Assembly: GCA_002841355.1 (NCBI GenBank)
Contig: PHFB01000002.1
Span: 275,414 to 307,413, forward strand
From: Actinobacteria bacterium HGW-Actinobacteria-1
GTDB taxonomy: Bacteria; Actinomycetota; Coriobacteriia; Anaerosomatales; Anaerosomataceae
Direction: 5' to 3'
Length of the DNA stretch: 32,000 nucleotides
Shown: positions 1-7,992 of the stretch, piece by piece
How the letters are laid out: each line of letters begins with the position of its first letter
How positions within the stretch are numbered: the first letter of the stretch is position 1
Made by a program: the position numbers and the translations under genes
Notes under the pieces: generated by a model
Told to the model about the DNA's origin: nothing
Database searches by the model: none
Seen by the model: only the letters and a program-made list of their open reading frames with translations

Positions 1-294
1 GCACTCGCGCGGCGCCCCAAGGCGCTCCTGCTCGATGAGCCGTTCTCAGCGCTCGACGCGCCCATCCGTGCCGAGATGCGCGAGGTCGTCCGGGACGTGC
101 GTCGTGACTTCCGCGTGCCGGTCGTGATGGTCACGCACGACCTCTACGAGGCGTACACGATGGCGGACCGCCTCGTCGTCTACGGCGGCAACGGCGAGTT
201 CCAGACCGGCACACCGTGCGAGCTCTTCAAGCAGCCTGCTACTCCCGCAATCGAGGCGCTCCTCACGAGCGAGCGGCTGTGGGCGTGCGTGTGA
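1..294 (+). CDS. ABC transporter ATP-binding protein, C-terminal part (molybdate/sulfate-type), truncated by window start
   Basis: Frame 1 reads ALARRPKALLLDEPFSALDAPIRAEMREVV...VVMVTHDLYEAYTMADRLVV. It has Walker B, D-loop and H-loop signatures. The adjacent NifQ-like gene makes a molybdate transporter plausible. Confidence 0.85.
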   Translation, partial: ALARRPKALLLDEPFSALDAPIRAEMREVVRDVRRDFRVPVVMVTHDLYEAYTMADRLVVYGGNGEFQTGTPCELFKQPATPAIEALLTSERLWACV

Positions 295-695
295 CCGCCG
301 CCCTCGCCCCCGGCGTGCTTGAGGCGCTCCTTGGCCCGGGCGGTCCGCGTGACCGCTTCCCGGTGGCGGATCGCGCCGAGGAGTACCACGCGCTCGTCGC
401 GCTGCTGCTCGCCAACGCCTCAGACCCCGCCGACCCGACTACGCCGCAGGTCGCCGCCGCTATCGCCGCGGGGTGTCTCGGGCAGGAGCACCTCTGGCGC
501 GACCTCGGTCTGCCGGAGCGGCCGGTGCTGCGCGCGCTCATCGCAGCGTATTTCGCGCCGCTCGTCGCCGAGAACGACCGCGACATCCGCTGGAAGCTCT
601 TCTTCTACCGCAAGCTCTGCGGCTGGGGCGGCTTCAGCACTTGACGGTCGCCCTCGTGCGGAGCCTGTAGTGGCTACCGGGAGTGCTTCGGATAG
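291..695 (+). CDS. nifQ: NifQ-like (molybdenum-handling) protein with in-frame UGA at the first Cys of the Cx4Cx2Cx5C motif; candidate selenoprotein
   Basis: GTG start at 291 overlaps the upstream TGA stop. The region ...HLWRDLGLPERPVLRALIAAYFAPLVAENDRDIRWKLFFYRKLCGWGGFST resembles the NifQ core. After TGA (642-644) the same frame continues RSPSCGACSGYRECFG and stops at TAG 693-695, completing U-x4-C-x2-C-x5-C-FG. Confidence 0.7.
645..679 (+). promoter_or_regulatory. Candidate bacterial SECIS-like hairpin immediately 3' of the nifQ UGA
   Basis: CGGU-C-GCC (645-652) pairs with GGC-U-ACCG (672-679) with one C/U mismatch. A small inner hairpin CUC-GUGCG-GAG (653-663) lies inside. Moderate strength, folded by eye only. 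Confidence 0.4.
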
Positions 696-769
696 GCGGC
701 GCGTGTGCCCCCTTGGCACGTTTCGTGGATAATCGACACCGTTACGTGCATACGCCGAGGAGGATGCTC

Positions 770-1999
770 ATGCCCCACCGCCCGTACGAGGACGTCCGTG
801 TCGAAGGACACCTCATCGACTCCGGGATCATGTCGCAGATCATGGACACGATCGTCGCCCTCGACGGGGAGTTCGAGACCCTCACCTTCGAGGTCGGTCG
901 CACCAACGAGGACGCCTCGGTGGCCGAGATCCGCGTGAAGGGCCGCAGCCAGGAGCACCTCGAGGAGCTGCTCGGCTCGGTCCAGCTCTTCGGCGTGGTG
1001 CCGGTGCACCCCGACGACGCGGTGCTCGCTCCGGTGCCGTGCGACGGCGTCTTCCCCGAAGGCTTCTACTCCACCACCAACCTCGAGACCGCGGTCCGCA
1101 TCGGCGGTATCTGGGTTCGCGTCGAGAATCCCGAGATGGACCTCGGCATCCGCGTCGACCCCGAAGCGGGTACCGCCGAGACCGTCCCGATGGCCGATAC
1201 GCACGAGGGCGAGCTCTTCGTTGTCGGCCACGGCGGCCTTCGCGTCCAGCCGATCGAGCGCCCGCGCGCCGGCCAGGCGTTCGAATTCATGAACTCGGCG
1301 GTCTCCTCGGAGAAGCCGAAGGCGCAGGTCGTGGCCGAGATCGCACGCATGCTCCGGCAGGTGCGTGCTGCAGGCAAAGAAGTCATCGCGGTCGTCGGCC
1401 CCGCGGTCGTGCACACCGGCGCGGCAGGGCATCTCGCTCGGCTCGTCGAGATGGGGTACGTGAGCGTGCTCTTCGGCGGCAACGCCGTGGCCACGCACGA
1501 CATCGAGTCTGCGCTCTACGGCACGTCGCTCGGTGTGTCGATCTCCGAGGGCATCCCGAAGGTGGGTGGCCACGAGCACCATCTTCGTGCGATCAACACG
1601 ATCCGACGCCTCGGCGGCATCAAGCCGGCGGTGGAGCAGGGCGTTCTCACCGAGGGCCTCATGTACACGCTCGTGAAGACCGGCACGCCGTACGTGCTCG
1701 CTGGCTCGATTCGCGATGATGGCCCGCTGCCGGACGTCATTACCGATGCGGTGCAGGCGCAGGCCGCCATGCGGCCGTACTGTCGCACCGCGGGCGCGTG
1801 CATCATGCTCTCGACGATGCTGCACTCGATCGCGACGGGCAACATGCTGCCCGCCTCGGTCACCACGGTCTGCGTCGACATCAATCCCGCCGTCGTCACG
1901 AAGCTCTCAGACCGCGGCAGCTTCCAGACGATCGGCATCGTGACGGATGTGGGGCTCTTCCTCGGCCAGGTGGCCGACGACCTGGAGGCCACAACGTAG
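770..1999 (+). CDS. TIGR00300 / LOR-SDH domain family protein (related to archaeal-type ornithine cyclodeaminase)
   Basis: Long ORF MPHRPYEDVRVEGHLIDSGIMSQIMDTIVALDGEFETLTFEVG...VVGPAVVHTGAAGHLARLVEMGYVSVLFGGNAVATHDIE. RBS-like gaggagg lies upstream. ATG 764 is an alternative start. Confidence 0.8.
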   Translation: MPHRPYEDVRVEGHLIDSGIMSQIMDTIVALDGEFETLTFEVGRTNEDASVAEIRVKGRSQEHLEELLGSVQLFGVVPVHPDDAVLAPVPCDGVFPEGFYSTTNLETAVRIGGIWVRVENPEMDLGIRVDPEAGTAETVPMADTHEGELFVVGHGGLRVQPIERPRAGQAFEFMNSAVSSEKPKAQVVAEIARMLRQVRAAGKEVIAVVGPAVVHTGAAGHLARLVEMGYVSVLFGGNAVATHDIESALYGTSLGVSISEGIPKVGGHEHHLRAINTIRRLGGIKPAVEQGVLTEGLMYTLVKTGTPYVLAGSIRDDGPLPDVITDAVQAQAAMRPYCRTAGACIMLSTMLHSIATGNMLPASVTTVCVDINPAVVTKLSDRGSFQTIGIVTDVGLFLGQVADDLEATT

Positions 2000-2053
2000 C
2001 ACTTCGGCGCGGCACTTGCTTTCAAAAGGGGCGACCAACGAAGGAGCACCGCC

Positions 2054-2740
2054 ATGAGCCTCATGCACGCACATCGCGACAGTGTCGATGACACGCCGCC
2101 TATCGATCGGGACGCGCCCGCCGACTTCCAGACGGCCACATTCTCGCTCGGTTGATTCTGGGGACCCGATGCCCGGTTCGGGCAGATCCCCGGCGTGATC
2201 CGTACGCGTGTCGGCTATGCGGGCGGAACGACGCCCGACCCCACATACAAGACCATCGGCGACCACACCGAGACCGTCGAGATCGACTTCGATTCTTCGC
2301 GTGTCTCGTACGCGGATCTTCTCGACGTCTTCTGGTCGGCACACCGCCCCACAAGCCGTCCGTTCTCCAGGCAGTACATGTCCGCGATCCTCACGCACGA
2401 TGACGAGCAGCTTCGTCTTGCCGAGGAGAGCCGCGATCGTCTGTCGGCAACCGTCGGCACGATCTACACGCGCATCGAACCGCTCGACACCTTCTACATG
2501 GCCGAGGAGTACCACCAGAAGTACCGCCTTCGGAACGCCCCGGCGCTCTTCCGCGAGATGCGTGGGTACTATCCCGATGCCGACGACTTCCGCGACTCGA
2601 CTGCTGTGGCGCGACTGAACGGGTACCTCGACGGCAATGGCAGCTGTGACGAGCTGGAGGCCGAGATCGACGGCTACGGCCTGAGCGCCGTGGGCGCGGA
2701 GTGGCTGCGTACCACGGTGTGCGGGCCGATGCGACGCTAG
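2054..2740 (+). CDS. msrA: Peptide-methionine (S)-S-oxide reductase MsrA with in-frame UGA (selenocysteine) at the catalytic position
   Basis: Frame from ATG 2054: MSLMHAHRDSVDDTPPIDRDAPADFQTATFSLG-[TGA 2153-2155]-FWGPDARFGQIPGVIRTRVGYAGGTTPDPTYKTIGDHTETVEIDFD..., ending at TAG 2740. The canonical MsrA active site is GCFWG. Confidence 0.9.
2158..2193 (+). promoter_or_regulatory. SECIS-like hairpin 3' of the msrA UGA
   Basis: Lower stem CTGGGGA (2158-2164) pairs with TCCCCGG (2187-2193), 7 bp including one GU pair. Upper stem GCCCG-GTT-CGGGC (2171-2183), 5 bp. It starts 2 nt after the UGA. Confidence 0.75.
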
Positions 2741-2752
2741 GAGGCGAGCCCC

Positions 2753-3157
2753 ATGGACCGCGACAACCGCTCTGACGCCGAGTGGAGGGCTGTTCTCTCC
2801 GCCGAGGAGTACCACGTATTGCGAGAAGCCGGCACGGAGCCGCCGTTCTCAGGCGAGTATGTGGATCTCGATGAGGAGGGCATCTACCATTGCCGTGCTT
2901 GTGGCAATCCCCTGTTCGACTCGAAGACGAAGTACCACTCCGGGTGCGGATGGCCGAGCTTCTTCGACCCGATCTCCCCGGACGCAGTCGTCGAGCTTGA
3001 GGACCTCAGCCACGGCAGGGTTCGCACGGAGATTCGCTGTGGCAGATGCGGATCCCATCTCGGCCATGTCTTCGAGGACGGTCCCGAACCAACCGGCACG
3101 CGCTACTGCATGAACTCCCTCGCCCTCGACTTCGATGAGGGCGCTAAGAAAGAATAA
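2753..3157 (+). CDS. msrB: Peptide-methionine (R)-S-oxide reductase MsrB
   Basis: [76 protein letters not shown]. The zinc CxxC pairs and the catalytic Cys are present. Confidence 0.97.
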   Translation: MDRDNRSDAEWRAVLSAEEYHVLREAGTEPPFSGEYVDLDEEGIYHCRACGNPLFDSKTKYHSGCGWPSFFDPISPDAVVELEDLSHGRVRTEIRCGRCGSHLGHVFEDGPEPTGTRYCMNSLALDFDEGAKKE

Positions 3158-3224
3158 GGGTGCGTTATCGCCCGTTCGAACGCTAGACTACGAAGTAGTT
3201 TGGCGCCTGCGACGGGGGACTCGG

Positions 3225-3503
3225 ATGCTTCAAGCAAGCGAGGTCATCGACCTCGTAATAGCGATCGTTCTACTGCCAATCATAGTCAGTAGCAGCCGCA
3301 CGCCATCGCCACGTCGCCGGAGTCTCCTGTTTGTCGCGTACGGGAGCATAGTGGCTGGCTACGTGTTCACCATCGCAGAGGGCTTCTTCTGGTTCGATGC
3401 CATGAACCTGCTCGAGCATGCCGCGTACGCCGTGGCTGGGGTGCTGGCAGTGATCGCGCTCGCCGACTACCGACGGCACTCGTCGTCGGGAGGCTCGCTA
3501 TGA
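3225..3503 (+). CDS. Small membrane protein encoded immediately upstream of the histidine kinase
   Basis: MLQASEVIDLVIAIVLLPIIVSSSRTPSPRRRSLLFVAYGSIVAGYVFTIAEGFFWFDAMNLLEHAAYAVAGVLAVIAL. It has hydrophobic segments and its stop overlaps the kinase start. Confidence 0.7.
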   Translation: MLQASEVIDLVIAIVLLPIIVSSSRTPSPRRRSLLFVAYGSIVAGYVFTIAEGFFWFDAMNLLEHAAYAVAGVLAVIALADYRRHSSSGGSL

Positions 3504-5002
3504 TCGAGTGGGCGGTCGTCGCCTTCGATGTAGTCTCATTGGTCACGTTCGGCGTGGCGTTCCTCCTCGTGGTGCGTGAGCGGTTCGAGGAATTCCAGCC
3601 GTACGATCGGATCATCAGGGTATTCCTGGCGCTTGCCATCTTCGTCTACGCGTTCGTTGCCTTCTCGAACATCCTCGAGCATGCGGGCATCACCGCAAAG
3701 CTCGACGAGTACGAGGACTACGTTGAGATCCTGTTCGTTCCACTCGTCGCCTACGCGGTCTACTCGATGCAGACGGCGCGTCTGTTCAAGGACGCACGGC
3801 GGGCAGAGCAGCTTGTACGCGCAGAGCACGGGCTGCTGACCGCAATCGTGGATACGAGCCCGACGGGGATCATGCTGGTGACATCAGCGGGCTCGATCGC
3901 CTTCGCGAACGACACCGCACGCGAGATGCTTGCCCTTGAGCCCATTGCCGAGACGGGCTCGCTTGCGATGCCTCCAGATCTGACGTGCATATCCTCCGAG
4001 AGCACGTCGGCTCGGCCACTGGCCCTCGATACGCTCGCGCTCGGGCAGTCATTCCGCGGCTCGGTCTGCATCGTTGAGGTCGCTGGTCGGAAGATGGCGC
4101 TCTCGGTATCAGCGAGTCCGCTCGGCGAGGGGGTGGAGGCGGGCGATGCGAGGGGGAGCGTGGTCTCATTCGTCGACGTCACCGAGCGCGAGCAGGCGCG
4201 GCAGATGCTTCTGGATGCGCAGGCCCGATACAGTCTCGATCTTGAGCGCACGGTCGACGAGCGCACGGTGGAACTGCTGGCGGTCAATCGTGCGCTGGAG
4301 TCTGCCAACATGGCGAAGCGGGAGTTCCTCGCCAGTGTGAGCCACGAGTTCAAGACTCCCCTCAACGCGATTCAGGGGTTCACCGGGCTCATGTTGGACG
4401 AAGTACCGGGACCGATAAACGCCGAGCAGTCCAAGCAACTCGGCCTGGTGAAGGACTCGAGCGCCCAGCTTCTGAAGCTCGTGGAACGACTGCTTGAGCT
4501 TGAGAAGATCGAGTCCGGGCACGCAGTCGTGACGTGGGCTCCGGCAGTGGTGACCGACGTGGTGCAGCAGGTCGTCGATCTCATCGCGCCGCTTGCAACC
4601 GAGCGTGGTGTAACGCTCGTCGTCGACTCCGATGGCGCGGTCGCCGCCGAGACCGACGCGGGGTTGCTCGGGCAGATCGTGCGCAATCTGGTATCGAATG
4701 CGGTGAAGTTCACGCCGTCCGGCGGAACCGTGACGCTCCGGACGCGTGCGGCGAACGGGAGCGTCAGCATCTCGGTCGCCGATACGGGCATCGGCATTGC
4801 TCAGGCCGATCAGACGACGATATTCGAACCGTTCGCTCAGGTCGATTCGCCGCTCGATCAGAAGCCGGCCGGGACCGGCCTTGGTCTTGCGATATGCCGC
4901 GAGTTGACCACCGCGCTCGAAGGCTCGATCACGGTGGGCAGCGCCCTGGGCGAGGGATCGACGTTCACCGTCGACATTCCCCAGTCGCACGCGGGCGACT
5001 AG
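3500..5002 (+). CDS. Membrane-associated PAS-domain sensor histidine kinase
   Basis: N-terminal transmembrane segments, PAS region (AIVDTSPTGIMLVTSAGSIAFAND), H-box FLASVSHEFKTPLNAIQGF, and N/G boxes LVSNAVKFTPSGGTVTL, VADTGIGI, GTGLGLAI. Confidence 0.93.
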   Translation: MIEWAVVAFDVVSLVTFGVAFLLVVRERFEEFQPYDRIIRVFLALAIFVYAFVAFSNILEHAGITAKLDEYEDYVEILFVPLVAYAVYSMQTARLFKDARRAEQLVRAEHGLLTAIVDTSPTGIMLVTSAGSIAFANDTAREMLALEPIAETGSLAMPPDLTCISSESTSARPLALDTLALGQSFRGSVCIVEVAGRKMALSVSASPLGEGVEAGDARGSVVSFVDVTEREQARQMLLDAQARYSLDLERTVDERTVELLAVNRALESANMAKREFLASVSHEFKTPLNAIQGFTGLMLDEVPGPINAEQSKQLGLVKDSSAQLLKLVERLLELEKIESGHAVVTWAPAVVTDVVQQVVDLIAPLATERGVTLVVDSDGAVAAETDAGLLGQIVRNLVSNAVKFTPSGGTVTLRTRAANGSVSISVADTGIGIAQADQTTIFEPFAQVDSPLDQKPAGTGLGLAICRELTTALEGSITVGSALGEGSTFTVDIPQSHAGD

Positions 5003-5938
5003 TTACCCGGCGAGCGGCACGAGCGTCTCGTACCGCGCCACCGCTTCCTTCGCCTCTTCCCGAAGGATACGCAGCGCCATCTCGACGGCCGGCCGCCCAA
5101 CGCTGCCACGCCGGATCACGGCAAGCACGCGTCGATTGATCTGTACGTCGGTCGGGCTCAGGCAGACAACTCCCGGATACTGCGCGAAGAACGCAAGCGG
5201 TGGCACGAGTGCGACGCCGAGCCCTGCTTGCACGGACGCAAGGATCACCTGGTAGTCGTTGCTGTGTAGGTCCACGCGCGCCTCGAACCCGGCTTCTCCC
5301 GCAACACGCACCATGACATCGAGGAACGGCGAGCCGTCGCGCCCGACGACCCAGTTGTCGTTACGGAAGTCCGAGACCCGTACTGCGCCGCCAACACGCG
5401 GGTCGGTGTCGGGGACTGCGATGTAGAGCGGCTCCGTCAGCAGGAGGTGGCGCTCGATGCCCGGGTCGGGCCGCTCGGGCAGACGATCGAATCCGTATGT
5501 GATAACTACATCGAGGTCGCCGGTCTTGAGCATCGGCAGGCTTTCCTCAGGTTCGAGGTCCACCATCGAAAGCGTGAGCAGCGGGTTCTCGGTACGGATA
5601 CGGGCAAGCGCGGGAACGAGCAGCGCCCGTGCCGCGGTTGGGAACGCGCAGGTGCGGAGTTGCCCGGCCACGCCCTCCGAGACGGCCTCGAGGTCCGCCT
5701 CGGCCTCTTCGAGCACCGCGAGCACGCGCTCGGTGTACGCCACAAGCTTCACGCCGGCGTGTGTGAGCCGGACGCCACGGCCGACGCGCTCCAGCAGTTC
5801 GACGCCTGCCTCCCGCTCGAGGACGGCCAGCTGCTGCGACACGGCCGAGGGTGTGATGTAGAGCGCCTCGGCAGCAGCGGCGATGCTGCCGCGTGAGGCC
5901 ACTTCGCGCAGGAGGCTCATGCGATGGACGTTTAACAT
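5003..5938 (-). CDS. LysR family transcriptional regulator
   Basis: N-terminal HTH REVASRGSIAAAAEALYITPSAVSQQLAVLEREAGVELLER and an LysR effector domain. Start chosen at MLNVHRM; the ORF is open to 5962. Confidence 0.9.
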   Translation of the reverse strand: MLNVHRMSLLREVASRGSIAAAAEALYITPSAVSQQLAVLEREAGVELLERVGRGVRLTHAGVKLVAYTERVLAVLEEAEADLEAVSEGVAGQLRTCAFPTAARALLVPALARIRTENPLLTLSMVDLEPEESLPMLKTGDLDVVITYGFDRLPERPDPGIERHLLLTEPLYIAVPDTDPRVGGAVRVSDFRNDNWVVGRDGSPFLDVMVRVAGEAGFEARVDLHSNDYQVILASVQAGLGVALVPPLAFFAQYPGVVCLSPTDVQINRRVLAVIRRGSVGRPAVEMALRILREEAKEAVARYETLVPLAG

Positions 5939-6043
5939 GTAAGTACATCTTACGATATGCAATAGAAACCGTGAATGGGATTTATGTATAGCGCGGTCGA
6001 TAATGCTTAGTGAAGGCAGTCACAGCAAAAGAAGGAGCCTGCC

Positions 6044-6157
6044 ATGTTTGGAACACGTTTCCAGGACAGCTTCAGCGAAGGTGTTATCTATCCCGGCCGT
6101 GCCCTTGCGGCACTTGGTCTGCTCGTTGTGCTGACCGCTCTTCTGTCCTACATCTAG
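6044..6157 (+). CDS. 37-aa putative single-pass membrane protein
   Basis: ATG after a strong RBS (agaaggagcctgcc): MFGTRFQDSFSEGVIYPGRALAALGLLVVLTALLSYI*, with one clear hydrophobic helix. Confidence 0.5.
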   Translation: MFGTRFQDSFSEGVIYPGRALAALGLLVVLTALLSYI

Positions 6158-6238
6158 GCGTTCCCCCAACGTCTGGATGCCGGGTACCCCCTACCCGGTT
6201 GCGCACCGTCACGGATCCGCCTGAGAACGAACCGCGAC

Positions 6239-6284
6239 GAAACCAACGACCGCCCGGCATTCGTGCCGGGCGGTCGTTGGTTTC
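6239..6284. terminator. Strong inverted repeat, likely bidirectional intrinsic terminator
   Basis: GAAACCAACGACCGCCCGGC-attcgt-GCCGGGCGGTCGTTGGTTTC is a perfect 20-bp stem located between the convergent 37-aa ORF and GerMN gene. Confidence 0.85.
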
Positions 6285-6305
6285 CGTGCATGCAGCCGAT
6301 GCGCG

Positions 6306-6983
6306 CTAGGCGTCGATCGGAACGCGGTCGTAGTAGTCCTCGGGGCGCTGCGGTCCGTCGAGCATGATGCCCTCGCCGCCGAACACCTTCACTTTCTTGC
6401 CTTCCATGTAGAACTCGACCGACTCGATCGTGCTGTATTGGGTCAACGTGTAGACCACCTGCGCGAGGCGCATGTCCATCGACAGCGTGCCGCCGCCATC
6501 ATCGAATTCCTTTGAGAGGTCCACTTTGATGGTATGGCCATCGAGGATCACGCTGAGCACCTTCGTACCCTTCGGGATCTCGTTGTGCAACTTCAATCCC
6601 TTGAGCTCCTCGGCCGAGGGTCCCTTCAGCAACTCGAGCATGGCGGTCTTGGCGACGGCCTGCGAGTAGGGGACCTCGCGCGTGACGGCCATGACGCGGT
6701 CTTCGTAGCCGAAGTACAGCTTCACCTTCATCGTCTTCACGGTGGAGCCCGGAGGTAGCGGTGGGTTGGTGGCCGAGGTCGTCTCGGCGGCAGTGCCAGC
6801 CGCCGTCGCCGTCGACTCGGCGCTTGCGGTACTGGTCTGCGACGATGATGTGGCCGTGACCGATGACTCGGCATCGCCCGCGGGAACGGGACCGGCGGTC
6901 TTTCGCTTGCAGCCGGCGATCCCGCCAGCAACAAGCACAACGGCGAGCATCAGCATGAGTGTGAGAGCCCAGGTGCGGCGCAT
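6306..6983 (-). CDS. GerMN domain-containing lipoprotein
   Basis: Lipobox MRRTWALTLMLMLAVVLVAGGIAGC, a Ser/Thr/Ala-rich linker, then VKLYFGYEDRVMAVTREVPYSQAVAKTAMLELLKGPSAEELKGLKLHNEIPKGTKVLSV, which is GerMN-like. Confidence 0.85.
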   Translation of the reverse strand: MRRTWALTLMLMLAVVLVAGGIAGCKRKTAGPVPAGDAESSVTATSSSQTSTASAESTATAAGTAAETTSATNPPLPPGSTVKTMKVKLYFGYEDRVMAVTREVPYSQAVAKTAMLELLKGPSAEELKGLKLHNEIPKGTKVLSVILDGHTIKVDLSKEFDDGGGTLSMDMRLAQVVYTLTQYSTIESVEFYMEGKKVKVFGGEGIMLDGPQRPEDYYDRVPIDA

Positions 6984-7158
6984 GGTTCCTCCAAGCTACG
7001 GGTACCTCGTAATCATACGCTCAACGAGGTGCCCTACCCTCCGAGGTGTTGCTGGAGCGTTGCAGCTGTAGGTAGCCTTGTGATGAAGGATTCGAAAACG
7101 CAGCACGCCCGTGGCAGCAGTACATAATGTGTGACGATTGAGATTATCAGGACATCTG

Positions 7159-7965
7159 ATGTACACTCCGGACATGGAACCGAAGCTAGCAGTCTGTGGG
7201 CACACCGCGCCGTCTCTTGAGGCCACGCTGGCGCTCGCGTGCGAGCACAGAGGGCACGCCGCGATTGATCTGTCGCTGGTGTCACACGATCTGGGTTCGG
7301 TGATCTTGCACACCGGCACGCTTCGCACCCTCTGCGTCTCGGAGGATCTGGAGATCCGCTATCACCTGCCGCTCGGCTACCGTGAGATCGGACATGCCGA
7401 CGAGTCCCAAGCTGCGCTCGCACTTGCCTGGATGATGGAGGCTGTCTCGCAGGTCGCGCTTGCCGGAGGCACGATGCTCACGCTGCACGCCGGGCTGCCA
7501 AGCGATGCATCTCGTGAGCGCGTGCTCGCTACCGCCGAGCGACTCCGGCGCATCGTCGCGCACGGCGACGATCTTGGTGTCCGCGTCTGCCTGGAGAACC
7601 TGCGCTGGGGACTTACGAGCCAGCCCGACGACTTCATGGAGCTCGTCACGCTCAGCGGCGCCGCGATCACGCTCGACGTCGGCCATGCCGCATCAAGCGA
7701 TGTCGCCGAACGTGGTTTCCGCGCCGTCGACTTTGCGCGCCTGGTGGCGCCGTACGTACGCAACGCGCACGTGTATGAGCGCGAGGTAGGTAGCCACATC
7801 GCGCCCGTCGATCTGAAGGCGCTCGCGCCTGCGCTCGATGTGCTGCTCGAAGCGCCGCACTGCGATTGGTGGGTCGTCGAGCTGCATAACGTCGAGGAAG
7901 CCCGTCGCACGAGGGCGATGCTTGCGGAGTTCCTCGCAGGAGCCCCGCTGCGTCTCGCGGTCTAG
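7159..7965 (+). CDS. Sugar phosphate isomerase/epimerase-like (xylose isomerase-like TIM barrel) protein
   Basis: GTMLTLHAGLP, GVRVCLENLRWG, AAITLDVGHAA, VRNAHVYEREVGSHIAPVD, WWVVELHNVEEARRTRAML. Start uncertain (7138, 7159 or 7174). Confidence 0.75.
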   Translation: MYTPDMEPKLAVCGHTAPSLEATLALACEHRGHAAIDLSLVSHDLGSVILHTGTLRTLCVSEDLEIRYHLPLGYREIGHADESQAALALAWMMEAVSQVALAGGTMLTLHAGLPSDASRERVLATAERLRRIVAHGDDLGVRVCLENLRWGLTSQPDDFMELVTLSGAAITLDVGHAASSDVAERGFRAVDFARLVAPYVRNAHVYEREVGSHIAPVDLKALAPALDVLLEAPHCDWWVVELHNVEEARRTRAMLAEFLAGAPLRLAV

Positions 7966-7992
7966 CGGCCGCGTTCCGTGTATCCTGTGCGT

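Noticed and set aside
216-644. NifQ as a nonsense-truncated pseudogene
   Set aside because: Possible but not favoured. The Cys motif and terminal CFG remain intact right up to a proper TAG, and another UGA/Cys exchange lies nearby. Retained as an alternative to be tested.
674-1825. 383-aa minus-strand ORF (MQHRREHDARARGATVRPHG...)
   Set aside because: Antisense shadow of the convincing LOR/SDH gene. Composition is Arg/His/Asp-rich, typical of high-GC opposite-strand frames, with no domain signature.
2195-2740. MsrA beginning at GTG 2195 (track ORF)
   Set aside because: It would lack the catalytic GxFWG motif. Upstream in-frame sequence from 2054 restores the full domain if UGA is read as Sec.
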